Shown here: one piece after another, positions 50,761 to 64,000 of the stretch
Position numbering within the stretch: the first letter of the stretch is position 1
Layout: the number at the start of each line of letters is the position of its first letter
From: Mobula hypostoma
Taxonomy: Eukaryota
Direction: 5' to 3'
Length of the DNA stretch: 64,000 nucleotides
NCBI RefSeq assembly: GCF_963921235.1
Contig: NC_086108.1
Location: forward strand, 47,060,001 to 47,124,000
The notes under the pieces: generated by a model
Seen by the model: only the letters and a program-made list of their open reading frames with translations
Told to the model about the DNA's origin: nothing
Databases searched by the model: none
Made by a program: the position numbers and the translations under genes

Positions 50761-51878
50761 GGGGTATGATAAGTTATTAGTCCTGCTATTTTTCGAGAGG
50801 AAAGCTCTATTTTCTTGATAGATTGGATACAAAATTTTGTGAGCTGTGGTTAAGAAACAAGGGAGTTATCCCATGTCATAGACCACTACAGCACAGAAAC
50901 TGGCCCTTTGGCTCATTTAGTCCCTGCCTACCTGTTTTTCTGCCTGTTCCCATCTACCCAGATCTGAACCATAGACCTCCATACCCCTCTTGTTCACATG
51001 CCTATCCAGCTTCTCCTAAATGTTGCAATTCAGCGTTCATCCCACCACCTACACTGAAGCTTGTTGCACACTCACACAACCCTCAAAGTGAAGGAGCTCC
51101 CCCTTCAGGTTCCCCTTAATATTTCACCTTTCACCCTCAAACCTATGACCTCTGCTTCTCTTTTCACCCATCCTCAGGGGAAAGAGCTTGCTTATATTTA
51201 TCCTAACTATACCACTCATACTTTTGAATACCTCTATAAGATCTTCCTCATTCTCCTATGCTCCCGGGAATAACGTCCTAACTGTTTCAATCTTTCCCTA
51301 TAACTCAGGCCCTCCAGTCTCGGCAACGTCCTTGCAAATTTTCTCTGCACTCTTTCAGGCTTTTTGATATCTTTCCTGTAGGTGGGTGACCACAACTGCA
51401 CACAGTTTGGCCTCACCAATGTATTATACAACTTCGACATACCCTTAAGGCATAGGAGCAGAATTGGGCTATTTGGTCCATCAAGTCTTCTCTGCCATTC
51501 CATCATGGATGTTTTATTATCCCTTTCAACCCCATTCTCCTGCCTTCATCCTGTAACCTTTAATGGCCTGTCTCATTAAGAACCTATCAACCTCTACTTT
51601 AAATATACACAATGACTTGGCCTTAACAGCTGTCTGTGGCAATAAATTCCAACGATTCATTACCCTCTGGCTACAGAAATTCCTCCTTATCTTTGTTTTC
51701 AATGGGCGTCCCTCTCTTCCGAAGATGTGCCCTCTGGTCCTAGACTCCTCCATTATAGGAATCATCTTCTCCACATCAGTTCTGTCTAGGCCTTTCAAAG
51801 TTCAATAGGTTTCAATGAGATTTCCCCCATCCTCACCATCTTTCTAAATTCCAGCATATATACCATCCCAACTTCTGT

Positions 51879-54124
51879 CTTTCTTTCTTTTTAAATCTTT
51901 TTATTAATTTTTCCAAAATTATAAACAAAATAACAATGTTGATACAAAGAGATTGGAATAATCTTATTGTTAAACATATACAGAAAAGATTTCAGATAAC
52001 ACAGGTATAATAGACTTCCAAACTCATGATGTAATTAATCATAGAGAAAAAAGAAATAGAAAGAAAAAAGAATACAAAGAACCCCCCCCAAAAAAAAAGA
52101 AAGAAAGACCTAAATACTAAACCCAAAAAAGCAAATGGAACAAAACAAGGCTAGACCAATATCTTAAATCGAACACGTTCAGTAATGTCGTCAACTCCTC
52201 TTCTCTATTCATATATTTTAAGTTAATAAGAAGGATTCTGAAAGGTCAAATTACAACATATGAAAATGTTGAATAAATGGTTTCCAAGTTTCTTCAAATT
52301 TAACCGAAGGATCAAAAATGTCACTTCTAATTTTTTCCAAGTTTAAATATAATATAGTTTGGGAAAAACATTGAAATGTAGTAGGAGGATTGGTCTCCTT
52401 CCAGTTCAATAAAATAGATGTTCTGGCCATTAAAGTAACAAATGCAATCATCCGACAGGCTGAAGAAGATAAAGATCTATATTCTACCATTGGCAATCCA
52501 AAAATTACTGTAATAGGATGGAGTTTTAAATCAAAACACAAAACTGTTGAGATAATATCAAAAATATCTTTCCAATATTTTTCCAATAGAGGACAGGACC
52601 AAAACATATGAGATAAAGAAGCCACCTCAGAGTGACATCTGTCACAAATAGGGTTTATATGGGAATAAAAATGGGCTAATTTATCTTCAGACATATGGGC
52701 TCTGTGCACTACTTTAAATTGTATTAATGTATATTTAGCACATATAGAGGAAGTACTGACTAATTGAAAAATTTTATCCCATTTCTCTATAGGTAGGCAA
52801 AATTAAAGTTCCCTTTCCCATTCATTTTTACTTTTATCGGATATACCTGGCTGTAATTTCATAATTATATCTTAGATAGATGCTATTAATCCGTTCTGAA
52901 AAGGATTTAAACCTAAAATTTTATCGATGATATCAGTAGGGTATGAGGTCGGAAAGGTAGGCAACATAGTATTTAAAAAATTTCTTATTTGTAAATATCT
53001 AAAAAAATGGAATCTAGGCAAATCAAATTTCTTAGATAACTGTTCAAAAGACATGAAACGGTTATCCAGAAATAAGTCACAAAAACATGTTATACCTTTC
53101 GTTTTCCATATCAAAAAGGCTTGGTCCATAACCGAGGGTTGAAAAAGAATTAGATCTAATAGGGCTTGATAGTATAAATTTGTTCAAACCTAAAAATTTA
53201 CAAAATTGAAACCATATTTGCAATGTATGTGTAACGTTCTGTTATATTGGCTCGTATATGTCTAGAGGAAATCTCACCCAGCACCTGCCTCAACACTCCC
53301 CACAGGGTCGGTTGCCGCCCGAATCAAGCCCAAACATCAATCATCAGCCAGCACACCCAGTAACTTTTAACAAGTACACTTTATAGATATTACTAATTCT
53401 ATGACATTAATATAAATTCGATGCAGAAAGGGAAGGAATGAAAAAAAAAGGTGCCAACACTCATCAAAGTCCAAGTTCTTCGCGCGCAACCGTTGGAGCT
53501 CAATCGAATCCGGACGACCACCGGAATCCTGTCGACTCGCGGCTCGGGACCACCCGAAGTGATCGACCGGAGCCTCTCCGCACATCCGCCATCCTCCTCG
53601 TCTCTCCTCCAACTCCCCGTCAAAAACCCCATCCACCATCCTTCTCGTCTCTCCACCATCCTCCCCGTCTCTCCACCATCCTCCCCGTCTCTCCTCCGAC
53701 TCCCCGCCAAAAACCCCCGCACGTCCACCGTCCTCCCCGCCTCTCCTCCGACTCCCCATCAAAAGCTCCATCCACCGTCATATGAGACAGCATTGTATCT
53801 GAAAACAAAACGATACATGATCACCCATTGGTTAATAGCACCCTGCTATCTGTAATAACCCAAGCAACTGTCTAGTTAGAGACTGTCTCAGCATTCCTCA
53901 GTATAACATAACAAAAGAAGCCATTTTAAATTTAACGAAAAAGAAAGGTCCTGTACATATGTTTAACTATTACAGTAACCATTTGTTTATTCAATTTAGA
54001 TAGTACAAAAGGAAGTGAAGTTCCTAAAATGGAAGCTAAAGACAACCCTTGTACAGAGTGGCCTTCAAGGTTTACCCAATATGGGCTTGGAGATGTATTC
54101 CAATCTTGTGTACAAAATATTAAA
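51879..54124 (-). mobile_element. L1/Tx1-clade LINE 3' fragment
   Basis: Zinc knuckle CDRC...SLSHMFWSC and HFFRYLQIR. T-rich tail. TSD ccaact(t/c)ctgt at 51868-51878 and 54125-54135. Confidence 0.9.
53230..53957 (-). mobile_element. Solo LTR (728 bp) with internal C-rich minisatellite
   Basis: TGTAAC...TGTACA termini. 4-bp TSD tatg at 53226-53229 and 53958-53961. Removal restores the L1 frame VKHTLQIW. Strand is tentative. Confidence 0.85.
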
Positions 54125-55466
54125 CCAACTCCTGTATTCATCGCTCTAATTTATGGTGGCCAAAGTGCCAAAAACTCTCTTTACAACCCTGTCTACCAGT
54201 GACGTCTCTTCAGGGACTTGTGGATCTGTATTTCCAGATCCCTTTGTTTGACTACACACTTCAGTACCCTACTATTCTTTGTGCAAGCCCTATCCTGGTT
54301 TGTGCTGCCAAAGTACAACACCTCATACTTGTCTGCATTAAATTCCATCAGCCATTTTTTTAGCCAATTTTTCCATCTGGTTCAGAACTCATTGTAAGCT
54401 TTGATGGCCTTCCTCGCTGTTCACTATGCCCTCAATCCTGGTGTCGTCTACAAATTACTGATTCATTGTACAATATTATTATCTTAATCATTAATATAGA
54501 TGATAGGTAACAATGGACCTGGCAACGATCCCCATAGCATGCCACTAGTCACAGGACATAGGTCAGAGAGGCAACCATCTCCAACCACACTCTTATCTCC
54601 TGCTAAACCAATGTTGAATTCAATTTACTATTGCATCTTGAATACTAAGTAACTTAAACTTCAAAGTAAATTTATTATTAAAGTGCATATACGTCAACAT
54701 ATACAACCCTAAGGGCCATTTTCTTGCAGGCATTCACAGTAAATACTAGAAACACGGTAGAATCAATGAGAGACCAGATCCAACAAGGCGGACAAACCAC
54801 CAATGTACAAAAGGCAACAAACTTTGTAAATAGAAAAAGAAAGGAAATAAATAAATAAATAAATAAATAAATAGAGCATGAGATTAAGAGTCCTTGAAAG
54901 TGAGCCCACAGGTTGTGGGAACAGTTCGGTGATGGAGCAAATGAAGTTGTGAAGTTATCCCCTTGGTTGAAGACCCCGAAGGTTGAGGAGTAATAACTGT
55001 TCCTGAACCTGGAGCTGTGGGTCCTGTGGCTCCTGTACTTTCTAACTGATGGCAGTAGTGGAAAAAAACTGCTACCAACCTTATAGTTCCTACACCTTGC
55101 ACTTCCTGTTTCTACCTCCTACCCAAGATCCACAAACCTGCCTGTCCTGGCAGACCTATTGTCTCAGCTTGCTCCTGCCCCACCGAACTCATTTCTGCAT
55201 ACCTCAACATGGTTTTATCCCCACTTGTTCAATCCCTGCCTACCGATGTTCGTGACACTTCTCACGCTCTTAAACTTTTCGATGATTTTAAGATCCCTGG
55301 CCCCCACCGCTTTATTTTCACCATGGATGTCCAGTTCCTATATATACTTCCATCCCCCATCAGGAAGGTCTTAAAGCTCTCCGCTTCTTTTTGGATTCAG
55401 ACCTAATCAGTTCCCCTCTACCACCACTCTGCTCCGTCTAGCGGAATTAGTCCTTACTCTTAATAA

Positions 55467-56349
55467 TGTTACGTACCCCGTAACTGGGTTGCCAAACCAG
55501 CAGAAATGGACCACTCAGTTGGAGTCTGGATTACTGGAACTAAGAAAGTTTTATTAAAGAAATAAGCAACACAGTAATCTAATAGTAAGGATATAAATGC
55601 AACAGGTTAGCAATGAATAAACACACATGTACACAGAACTAGGATAATAGGGTCAATCAGCTCTATCGCAGTCTAGGGGTAAAATGTTCAATCAGAAGTG
55701 ACAGAGTTCAGTTTAGTTCAGTTTGCAGTAATCGCCGTCGTGCCGTTGGGGGGAGAGAGAGCGAATGCTGATATTCAAATCGGATTCAACAGACCTTTGA
55801 TATTCCTCGCAGTTAGCTTTCGGGCGAGCCCTTTGTAATGTCTTCTGAGGTCACCGACTGTGACCCCTCCGTTTCAGATACGATCGTTCCTCTACAGTGA
55901 ACCTGGCACCCAGGCAAGGGCGGACACACACCAGGTTCCTGCCGACCGTATCTTTCCACCCTGTGTGTCTATGGCTGGTCCCGCAACCAGTCCTCCAAAG
56001 ACTCCCACCGACTTGTGGGGGGCACACCGCTTCCAGGGTCTTGTTACCTCGTGGTGTCGTGTCTTAGCGAACCTGCCCCTTTTTATCCCCCTGCTGGAGT
56101 ATCGCCTGTCCATCACACTTCAAACAGTTCAGGGTTCAAAAGGAGCCGGTCTTGACAATACTCAGACCGGTGTCTCCTTCCGTTAAACTCTCTCATCTCT
56201 TCATTAACATTTCCAAATGCTGCTCCATTGTCTTACTTATCTCTCTCTCCTGAAGACAGGTGGCAGATCAACTGTTGATCCCACTGGTGCTAGCACAGGA
56301 CAGTTAACATCTTAGTCTATGTGTACTTTTGTAACCCTCTTTCGTCACA
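55467..56349 (-). mobile_element. Solo LTR (883 bp, Gypsy-like)
   Basis: TGTTACG...CGTCACA termini. 4-bp TSD ataa at 55463-55466 and 56350-56353. Removal restores PLE RT LAELVLTLNNFSF. Minus strand has TATA-like gataaaaag (about 56085) upstream of AATAAA (about 55552). Confidence 0.9.
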
Positions 56350-57866
56350 ATAATTTCTCCTTTGGCTCCTCCCACTTCCTCCAAACTAAAGGTGCAGCTA
56401 TGGGCACGCGTATGGGTCCTAGCTATGCCTGCCTTTTTGTTGGCTTTGTGGAACAATCTATGTTCCAACCCTATTCTGGTATCTGTCCCCCACTTTTCCT
56501 TCGCTACATCGACGACTGCATTGGCGCTGCTTCCTGCACGCATGCTAAGCTCGTTGACTTTATTAACTTTGCCTCCAACTTTCACCCTGCCCTCAAGTTT
56601 ACCTGGTCCATTTCCGACACCTCCCTCCCCTTTCTAGATCTTTCTGTCTCTATCTCTGGAGACAGCTTATCTACTGATGTCTACTATAAGCCTACTGACT
56701 CTCACAGCTATCTGGACTATTCCTCTTCTCACCCTGTCTCTTGCAAAAATGCCATCCCCTTCTCGCAATTCCTCCGTTTCCGCCGCATCTGCTCTCAGGA
56801 TGAGGCTTTTCATTCCAGGACGAGGGAGATGTCCTCCTTTTTTAAAGAAAGGAGCTTCCCTTCCTCCACCATCAACTCTGCTCTCAAACGCATCTCCCCC
56901 ATTTCACACACATCTGCTCTCACTCTATCCTCCCGCCACCCCACTAGGAATAGGGTTCCCCTTGTCCTCACCTACCACCCCACCAGCCTCCGGGTCCAAC
57001 ATAATATTCTCCGTAACTTCCGCCATCTCCAATGGGATCCCACCACTAAGCACATCTCCCCCCCCCGCCCCCGTTTCCGCAGTGATCGCTCCCTACACAA
57101 CTCCTTTGTCCATTCGTCCCCCCCCCATCCCTCCCCACCGATCTCCCTCCTGGCACTTATCCTTGTGAGCGGAACAAATGCTACACATGCTCTTACACTT
57201 CCTCCCTTACCACCATTCAGGGCCCCAGACAGTCCTTCCAGGTGAGGCGACACTTCATCTGTGAGTCGGCTGGGGTGATATACTGTGTCCGGTGCTCCCG
57301 ATGTGGCCTTCTATATATTGGCGAGACCCGACGCAGACTGGGAGACCGCTTTGCTGAACACCTATGCTCCGTCTGCCAGAGAGGGCAGGATCTCCCAGTG
57401 GCCACATATTTTAATTCCACATCCCATTCCTATTCTGACATGTCTATCCATGGCCTCCTCTACTGTAAAGATGAAGCCACACTCAGGTTGGAGGAACAAC
57501 ACCTCATATTCTGTCTGGGTAGCTTCCAACCTGATGGCATGAACATTGACTTCTCTGACTTCCGCTAATGCCCCACCTCCCCCTCGTACCCCATCTGTTA
57601 CTTATTTTTATACACACATTCTTTCTCTCACTCTCCTTTTTCTCCCTCTGTCCCTCTGAATATACCTCTTGCCCATCCTCTGGGTCCCCCCCCCGCCTCC
57701 TTGTTTTTCTTCCCGGACCTCCTGTCCCATGATTCTCTCGTATCCCTTTGGCCAATCACCTGTCCAGCTCTTGGCTCTATCCCTCCCCCTCTTGTCTTCT
57801 CCTATCATTTTGGATCTCCCCCTCCCCCTCCCACTTTCAAATCCTTTACTCAGTCTTCCTTCAGTT

Positions 57867-57902
57867 AGTCCTGACGAAGGGTCTCGGCCTGAAACGTCGA
57901 CT
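57867..57902 (+). ncRNA. Minimal type-I hammerhead ribozyme motif (PLE-associated)
   Basis: agtc-CTGACGA-agggtctcggcct-GAAA-cgtc-gact: stem I agtc/gact, palindromic ACGT, canonical GUC triplet. Confidence 0.78.
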
Positions 57903-57965
57903 GTACCTCTTCCTAGAGATGCTGCCTGACCTGCTGCGTTCACCAGCAACTTTGATGTGTGTTGC

Positions 57966-59040
57966 TAGATTTTCAATCTCCCCCTTTTATGCTGATCCAT
58001 CATCACCTTTGATTCGGCCAGTGACAGTGGTGTCATCATCGAACTGAAATATGGCATTGGAGCTGTGCTTAGCCTTGCAGTCATCAGTGTAGAGTGAGTG
58101 GAGCAAGAGGCTAAGCACACACCTGTGCTGATGGTGATTGTTGAGGAGATGTTGTTGCTAATCCAAACTGACAGGGGTCTGCAAGTGAGGAAATCAAGGA
58201 TCCAGTTGCATAAGGAGATTTTGAGATCTTGAAGTTTATTGATTTGTTTTTGGGGGATGATAATATCGAATGCCGAACTGTAGTCAGTAAGCATCTTGAT
58301 GTACACATGTTCACTGTCCAGACTTTCCAGGGTTGAGTGAAGAGCCAGTGAAATGGCATATGCTGTGAACCTGTTGCGGCAATAGGCAAATTGGAGTGAA
58401 TACAAGTCACTTCTCTCACACAAGAGTTGGTATGTTTCATCACCAACCTCTCAAAGCACTTCATCACAGTAGATATAAGTGCTACTGGACACTAGTCATT
58501 GAGGCAGGTCACCATGTTCTTCTTGGGGACCAGTGTAATTGAAGCCTGCCAAAACAAGAGGAACACTTCAGCCAGTCGATCAGCCTGGTACCCACTCTGG
58601 GCCAGATGCTTTCCTTGGAGTCATCCTCTTTAAGGATGCTCTCACTTCGGCCTAGAGACTGAAATCACAGGTCATCAGGGAGCTGGTGGGGGGTTTGTGG
58701 GAGTTTGTCAAGATTCCTCCATGCTTTGACGCTGAAAGCAAGCATAAAAGGCATTGAACTCCTCTGCGAAAGCTTGTCACCTATGCCACTTGCTTTCATT
58801 TTGTTGGAGGTATTGCATTCGGGCCTATCCACAGCTGTCGCGCATCCTTTAGTCATTCAAGTTTGGTCCGGGATTGCCACTTCACCCATGAGATGGCTTT
58901 CTAGAGATTGTCCCTGGATGTCTTCTATTTTACTTGGTCTCCAGACCTGAATGCCACTGATGTGGCCCTCAGCAGATTGCGGATCTCATGGTTCATCCAG
59001 GATTTCTGGTTGGTGAAGATGCTGAATGATTTTGCAGGAG
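57966..59040 (-). mobile_element. Rex1/Babar-like LINE RT remnant, followed by a plus-strand Rex1 tail at about 59040-59331
   Basis: [34 protein letters not shown]. 59040-59331 is highly similar to 6140-6433. Confidence 0.82.
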
Positions 59041-62000
59041 GTACAGAAGCCTGAAGGCACACACTCAGCAATCCAGGAACAGCTTCTTCCCCTCTGACGT
59101 CCGATTCCTAAATGGACATTGAATCATTGGACACTACCTCACTTTTTAAAATATATATTATTTTTGTATTTTGCATGATTTTTAATCTATCCAATGTACG
59201 TATACTGTAATTGATTTACCTATTATTATTTTATTTTGTTTTTTTCTTCTATATTATGTATTGTATTGAACTGCTGCTGCTAAGTTAACAAATTTCACGA
59301 CATGTGCCAGTGATAATAAACCTGATTCTGATCTACTACTGTTTTTATAATGTACGTGACAATCATGGTGCATTCATTCTGATCTTGTACACGGCACAGT
59401 CAGCCAACTCTAAGCAATTCCTTAGCCGTCCCTCCGTCCCTCCTCAACCACTTCTTTGCTGTCCTTAGTTCTGGAGCCTTGCTCTTTAGCCATTACTTGT
59501 CTGCAGGTTGGACAGCCAAGTGATCAGATTTCCCAAAATGCGGTTTAGGCATGGAATAGTAGACATTCCTAATCGTGTAGCAGTGGTTGAGTGTGTTGGG
59601 ATCCTGGTGCTGCAGGTTATATGTTGATTATAATTGGACAGAAATTTCTTCAAACAGGCCTGAATGAAGCTCTCGACAATAATTTGGAGGTCATTGGGGT
59701 GTGCTGTTTCTTGTACATTGATGGTGACACTCAGTATCTTAAGTGCCTGGATAACGTCACCTTAGGCAGTATGTAAACTACGGTCAGGATCACTGAGGAA
59801 AACAAAGTTGAAAGGCTGGCACTTAATCATTAGATGTTCCAGGTCAGGTGAGCAAGAGTGTGACAACACTGCTGCATCCAAGCACTATAAAGAGTGTTAC
59901 CATAAAAGTATGTTACTTCAGGGGAAATAACAGGCTGTAGATTGCAGTGAGAGTAGTTCAGAAATATATTTCAAAGTTTTATAAGCTGCCCACAATGCAT
60001 TGCTATGTTTCATCAGTTCCATCTTACAAACCTTCCTATTTACGCTTTAAGAACTGAAGACTGACTCCCGTTTTTAATGACCTGAAACTAAACAAAACAT
60101 ATTAGTTGGAAGGTTCTGTTTGTAATCTTACAAGTGGCAGCTGCTTGTTTGGAAAATGAGTTTTGCAAAACATCAAGAGGCCCACTGTCCAAGAACTGTA
60201 AACTTCCATCATAATTGAAAGGCCTAGATAGAGGGTCATAGAGAGAATGTTTCCAATCGTGGGAGAGTCTAGGACCAGCATGCACAGCCTCAGAATGGAA
60301 GGACATTCCTTAAGAACAGAGATAAGGAGAAATTTCTTTTGCTAGCAGGTGGTGAATCTGGAATTCATTGCTACAGATGGCAGTGGAGGCCAAGTCATTG
60401 AATATATTTAAAGTGGAGGTCGATGGGTTATTGATTAGTAAGGGTGTTAAAGGTAACAGAGAAGGCAAGAGAATTGGGCTGAGATGGAAAGTAAATCAGC
60501 CACGATCGAATGGCGGAGCAGACTCAATGGGCTGAATGGCCTAATTCTGTTCCTGTGTTATGGTGGTCACCTTCTGGATTTTATCAAATGTTTTGCTAAT
60601 ATCTGTAGACAACGTCCATTACCTTTCTTGATCAACCTTCCTTGAAACCTCAAAAAACTCTATAGAATTAGTTAGATACGACGTACCACACACATCTGTT
60701 ATCTTTCAGTCCTCCTGCACCTCACTCATTTGAGATGTTTTAAATATCTCTGCCAGGGCCCTCGCAACTTCTGGAATAGCCTCTCACAAGATCCGAGGGA
60801 ACAGCTTGTCAGCATTTATCCACCCTAATTTACCTCAAAGCAGCAAGGACCTCCTCGTCCATAGTCTGGATGTGGTCCATGATCTCATTATTCCTTTGCA
60901 GTGTATCTGTCTCCTGAGTAAAAACATTTTCAGAAAAATTATTGTAAGATCTCCTCTATCTCTTTCCACTCCATGCATAGTTGTTCACCTTGCTGATTTT
61001 CAGAAGGACCAATTTTATCCTTTGCTGTCATTCTGTATGCACACACTGCACACACGTCTTCCTCCTTGTCTACCAGAGCAACGTCATGTCCTCTTTTAGC
61101 CCTCCTAGTTTCTCTCTTAAATGTTCTCTTGCATTTCTCCATATGCGTTTCCTTTGATCCAAATTGCCTATACCTGATATGTACCTCCTCCTCCTTAACT
61201 AATTAAGCCTCAGTATACCTTGAAAACCAAGATTCCATAAACCTTTTAGCCTTGCTTCTTATTCTAACACAAGCATACATATTCTGTAATTTCAATATTT
61301 TCACTTTTGAAGGCCTCCCACTTACCAAGCATCTCTTTGCCAGAAAACAGCCTATCCCAATCCGTACCTGCTAGATCTCTCATGGTACCATCAACATTGG
61401 ACTTTCTCTCAACCCAAGGACCAGTCCTATCTTTCTCCATAATTAGCTTCAAATTAATGGAATAACGATCACTAGATCCAAAGTGTTCCCTACGTACACT
61501 TCTGATGTCTGCTTTGCCTTGTCTCATTCCCTGACAGAGGATCCAGTATCACACCCTCTCTTGTTGGGGCCTCAATATACTAGTTAGGAAACTGTATTCC
61601 ATCCTGTCCTTTTACAAAATTTGAGTCTCATAGATGTGCGCAAAGTTAAATTTACCCCTGATTTTTGTTCTTGCAACTGTCTGATCTCTACAAATTTGCT
61701 CCTTTAAATCCCACTGACTAATTTGCACCCATTAACATGGATGTCCTTTCCTTATTACTCAGTTCCAGCCATATTACCCTTGATAGATGAGCCCTTCAGT
61801 GTGTCCTATCTGAGCACTGCTGTGACATTTTCCCCGATGCGTTATGCCACCCTTCCCTCCATCTACCATGTTTTAAACAATAGAACCCTGGAACTTTGAG
61901 CTGCCAGCCCTGCCTGTCCTGTAACCAAGTCTCACTAATGGCTACATCATCATAATTGCACACGCTTATCCAAGCTGTAAGTTTATCTGCCTTATCTACA

Positions 62001-62472
62001 ATATCCCTTGCACAGAAATATCCTAAGGCACCTAGTTTTCAGCCATGTGTGGTAATCTTTTCCCATTAAAGCATTGCCTTGTGTTTGAAAGTGGTGAGGT
62101 GATAGAGGGTTAGTATTCTAATTTACAAATATTGAACCCTTTAACATTTAGTTAATGTGTAGAAAATTAAGGAGGAGTTATTTTCCCTTAAGTAAGCTAA
62201 TTGGGAAATATGTTTTGATGAAAACCATCTGTTGTAGGGGAGGGGTAATTCACTGCTGTGCTGGGATTTATGACCTCCAGTAAGATCTATTTCCTACTTA
62301 AATTAGTTCACTTTGCCAGCTTTCTCCTCTTTCTGGTGTGCATAGCTCAAGCACTCACTGAGCTGCATAGACTGGAGACAGAAACAAGGTGAAGTCAGTC
62401 ATTATGATTTTGCTTAATGGGCCATTTTCCAAATTGTAATAGAATTCAATCATGGAAAGTAAGATGAGCTGT

Positions 62473-62979
<507 letters not shown>

Positions 62980-62984
62980 TGAGA

Positions 62985-63260
62985 TTATTTATTTAGCGAT
63001 ATGGCGTGGATCAGGCCTTTCTGGCCCTTCGAACTGCGCCATGCAGCAACCTCTGATGTAACCATAACCTAGTCACAGGACAATTTAAAATGATTAATAA
63101 ATCTGCTGACATGTACGTCTTTGGACTGTGGGAGGAAACCAGAGAATCCAGAGAAAACCCATGAGGAGGACGTACAAACTCCTTACACAGGACGCCAGGA
63201 TTGTACTCTGAACTCCAGCGTCCCGAGCTGTGGTAGCATCACCCAGGTAACCACTACACT
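62985..63260 (-). mobile_element. tRNA-derived SINE, same family as 12262-12620
   Basis: Shared tctttggactgtgggaggaaacc...ggaggacgtacaaactcctt block and an attt-type tail. Confidence 0.65.
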
Positions 63261-63882
63261 AGTAAGACGTAGCTCAAAAACGTCCAGGCTCATCACTATC
63301 ATGGGAGGGGTTAAGCAAAGTGAACACTTTCCCCCATATTACTTAATATTGTTATGGGCTTTCTATTAGACAGGGATGGGTATGGTTTCTATCAGTGAAC
63401 AGGCAATGCTTACCTCAGTGATGATTCAGACATTTCCACGAGTCAGTGGAGTATTGCAATTTTTTGGCACATCTTTGAATTTTATCCCCTATCTGCTTTC
63501 ACTGGGTTGCTGTTGCCTCAGCATAAACTGATAGCAAGAGTGACATTGAGGGTATTAGTTATATTACAGACACAAAAGAACTCTGTTGCAGAAATCGGTT
63601 ATCCAGCCCATCTTCTTGTGGAGGAGTATACAGTGCATGGGTGAACCAGTGCACATTTTTGGTTGAAATTCCAACAGCCATTATGACTTCTTTGTATATT
63701 GTGTTTTTAGTATTCACTGGAGAATTATTTTTTAAAAAAGGCAATATTTCTCATGTAAGATATCGGGGTAAATGGAAAGGTGGGCTTCAAGGAGCTACTT
63801 TAAGGAATAGAGGGGTAGAGTCGGGAGATTTTGAGAGTGATTTCTTGAGGTTTGGGCATTGGCTATCAAAGGCATGAATATG

Positions 63883-63990
63883 AATCTTTCTGTATTATTT
63901 CATCCATATGCACAATGCATTTCTTCATACAGTACAGCAAAGTTTTAGAAATTCAGTGTATTTGAAAAGTATTGTAGCTTTTACAACTAC
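63883..63990 (+). repeat. 108-bp direct repeat, copy 2
   Basis: aatctttctgtattatttcatcc...gtagcttttacaactac, identical to 62473-62580. Confidence 0.95.
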
Positions 63991-64000
63991 ATGGTGTGAG

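Larger units (their letters stand above)
55070..57965 (+). mobile_element. Penelope-like element with RT and GIY-YIG endonuclease remnants
   Basis: FTMDV, GAAMGTRMGPSYACLFVG, FLRYIDD, LPFLD, VYYKPT; GVIYCVRCSRCGLLYIGET...RFAEH. Terminal repeat carries a hammerhead. Confidence 0.95.
50875..62010 (-). mobile_element. One old CR1 LINE fragmented by nested insertions
   Basis: Pieces at about 50875-51445, 51860-51878, 54125-54660 and 60565-62010 follow in order the CR1 at 713-3165 (3' UTR to HFGSSD endonuclease tail). Confidence 0.75.

Noticed and set aside
53367..53855. Several overlapping 110-134 aa ORFs
   Set aside because: Low-complexity translations of the minisatellite inside a solo LTR.

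Overview
Eukaryotic genomic DNA, not prokaryotic. The TE repertoire suggests a cartilaginous fish such as a ray or shark (inference). The window holds the 5' half of an ABL2 (Arg) tyrosine kinase gene on the + strand. Three conserved coding exons lie at 37152-37322 (cap and SH3 start), 44081-44376 (SH3-SH2) and 62623-62895 (SH2, linker, kinase P-loop). A short putative alternative first exon (34599-34725) is absent from the ORF track and resembles the mammalian ABL2 type-1A N-terminus. The rest is intronic or upstream sequence densely filled with mostly defective, often nested transposable elements: CR1, Rex1/Babar-like and L1/Tx1 LINEs, Penelope-like elements (PLE), tRNA-derived SINEs, three solo LTRs, and Harbinger, hAT and Tigger-like DNA elements. 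Many still have readable target-site duplications (TSDs). The most notable non-obvious signals are (i) minimal type-I hammerhead ribozyme motifs in PLE termini, two with intact cores on the ABL2 sense strand, (ii) the hidden 1A exon, (iii) an exact 108-bp direct repeat flanking the kinase exon, and (iv) an approximately 11-kb multi-layer TE nest. I see no evidence for a wholly new biological system. Coordinates of decayed repeats are approximate.
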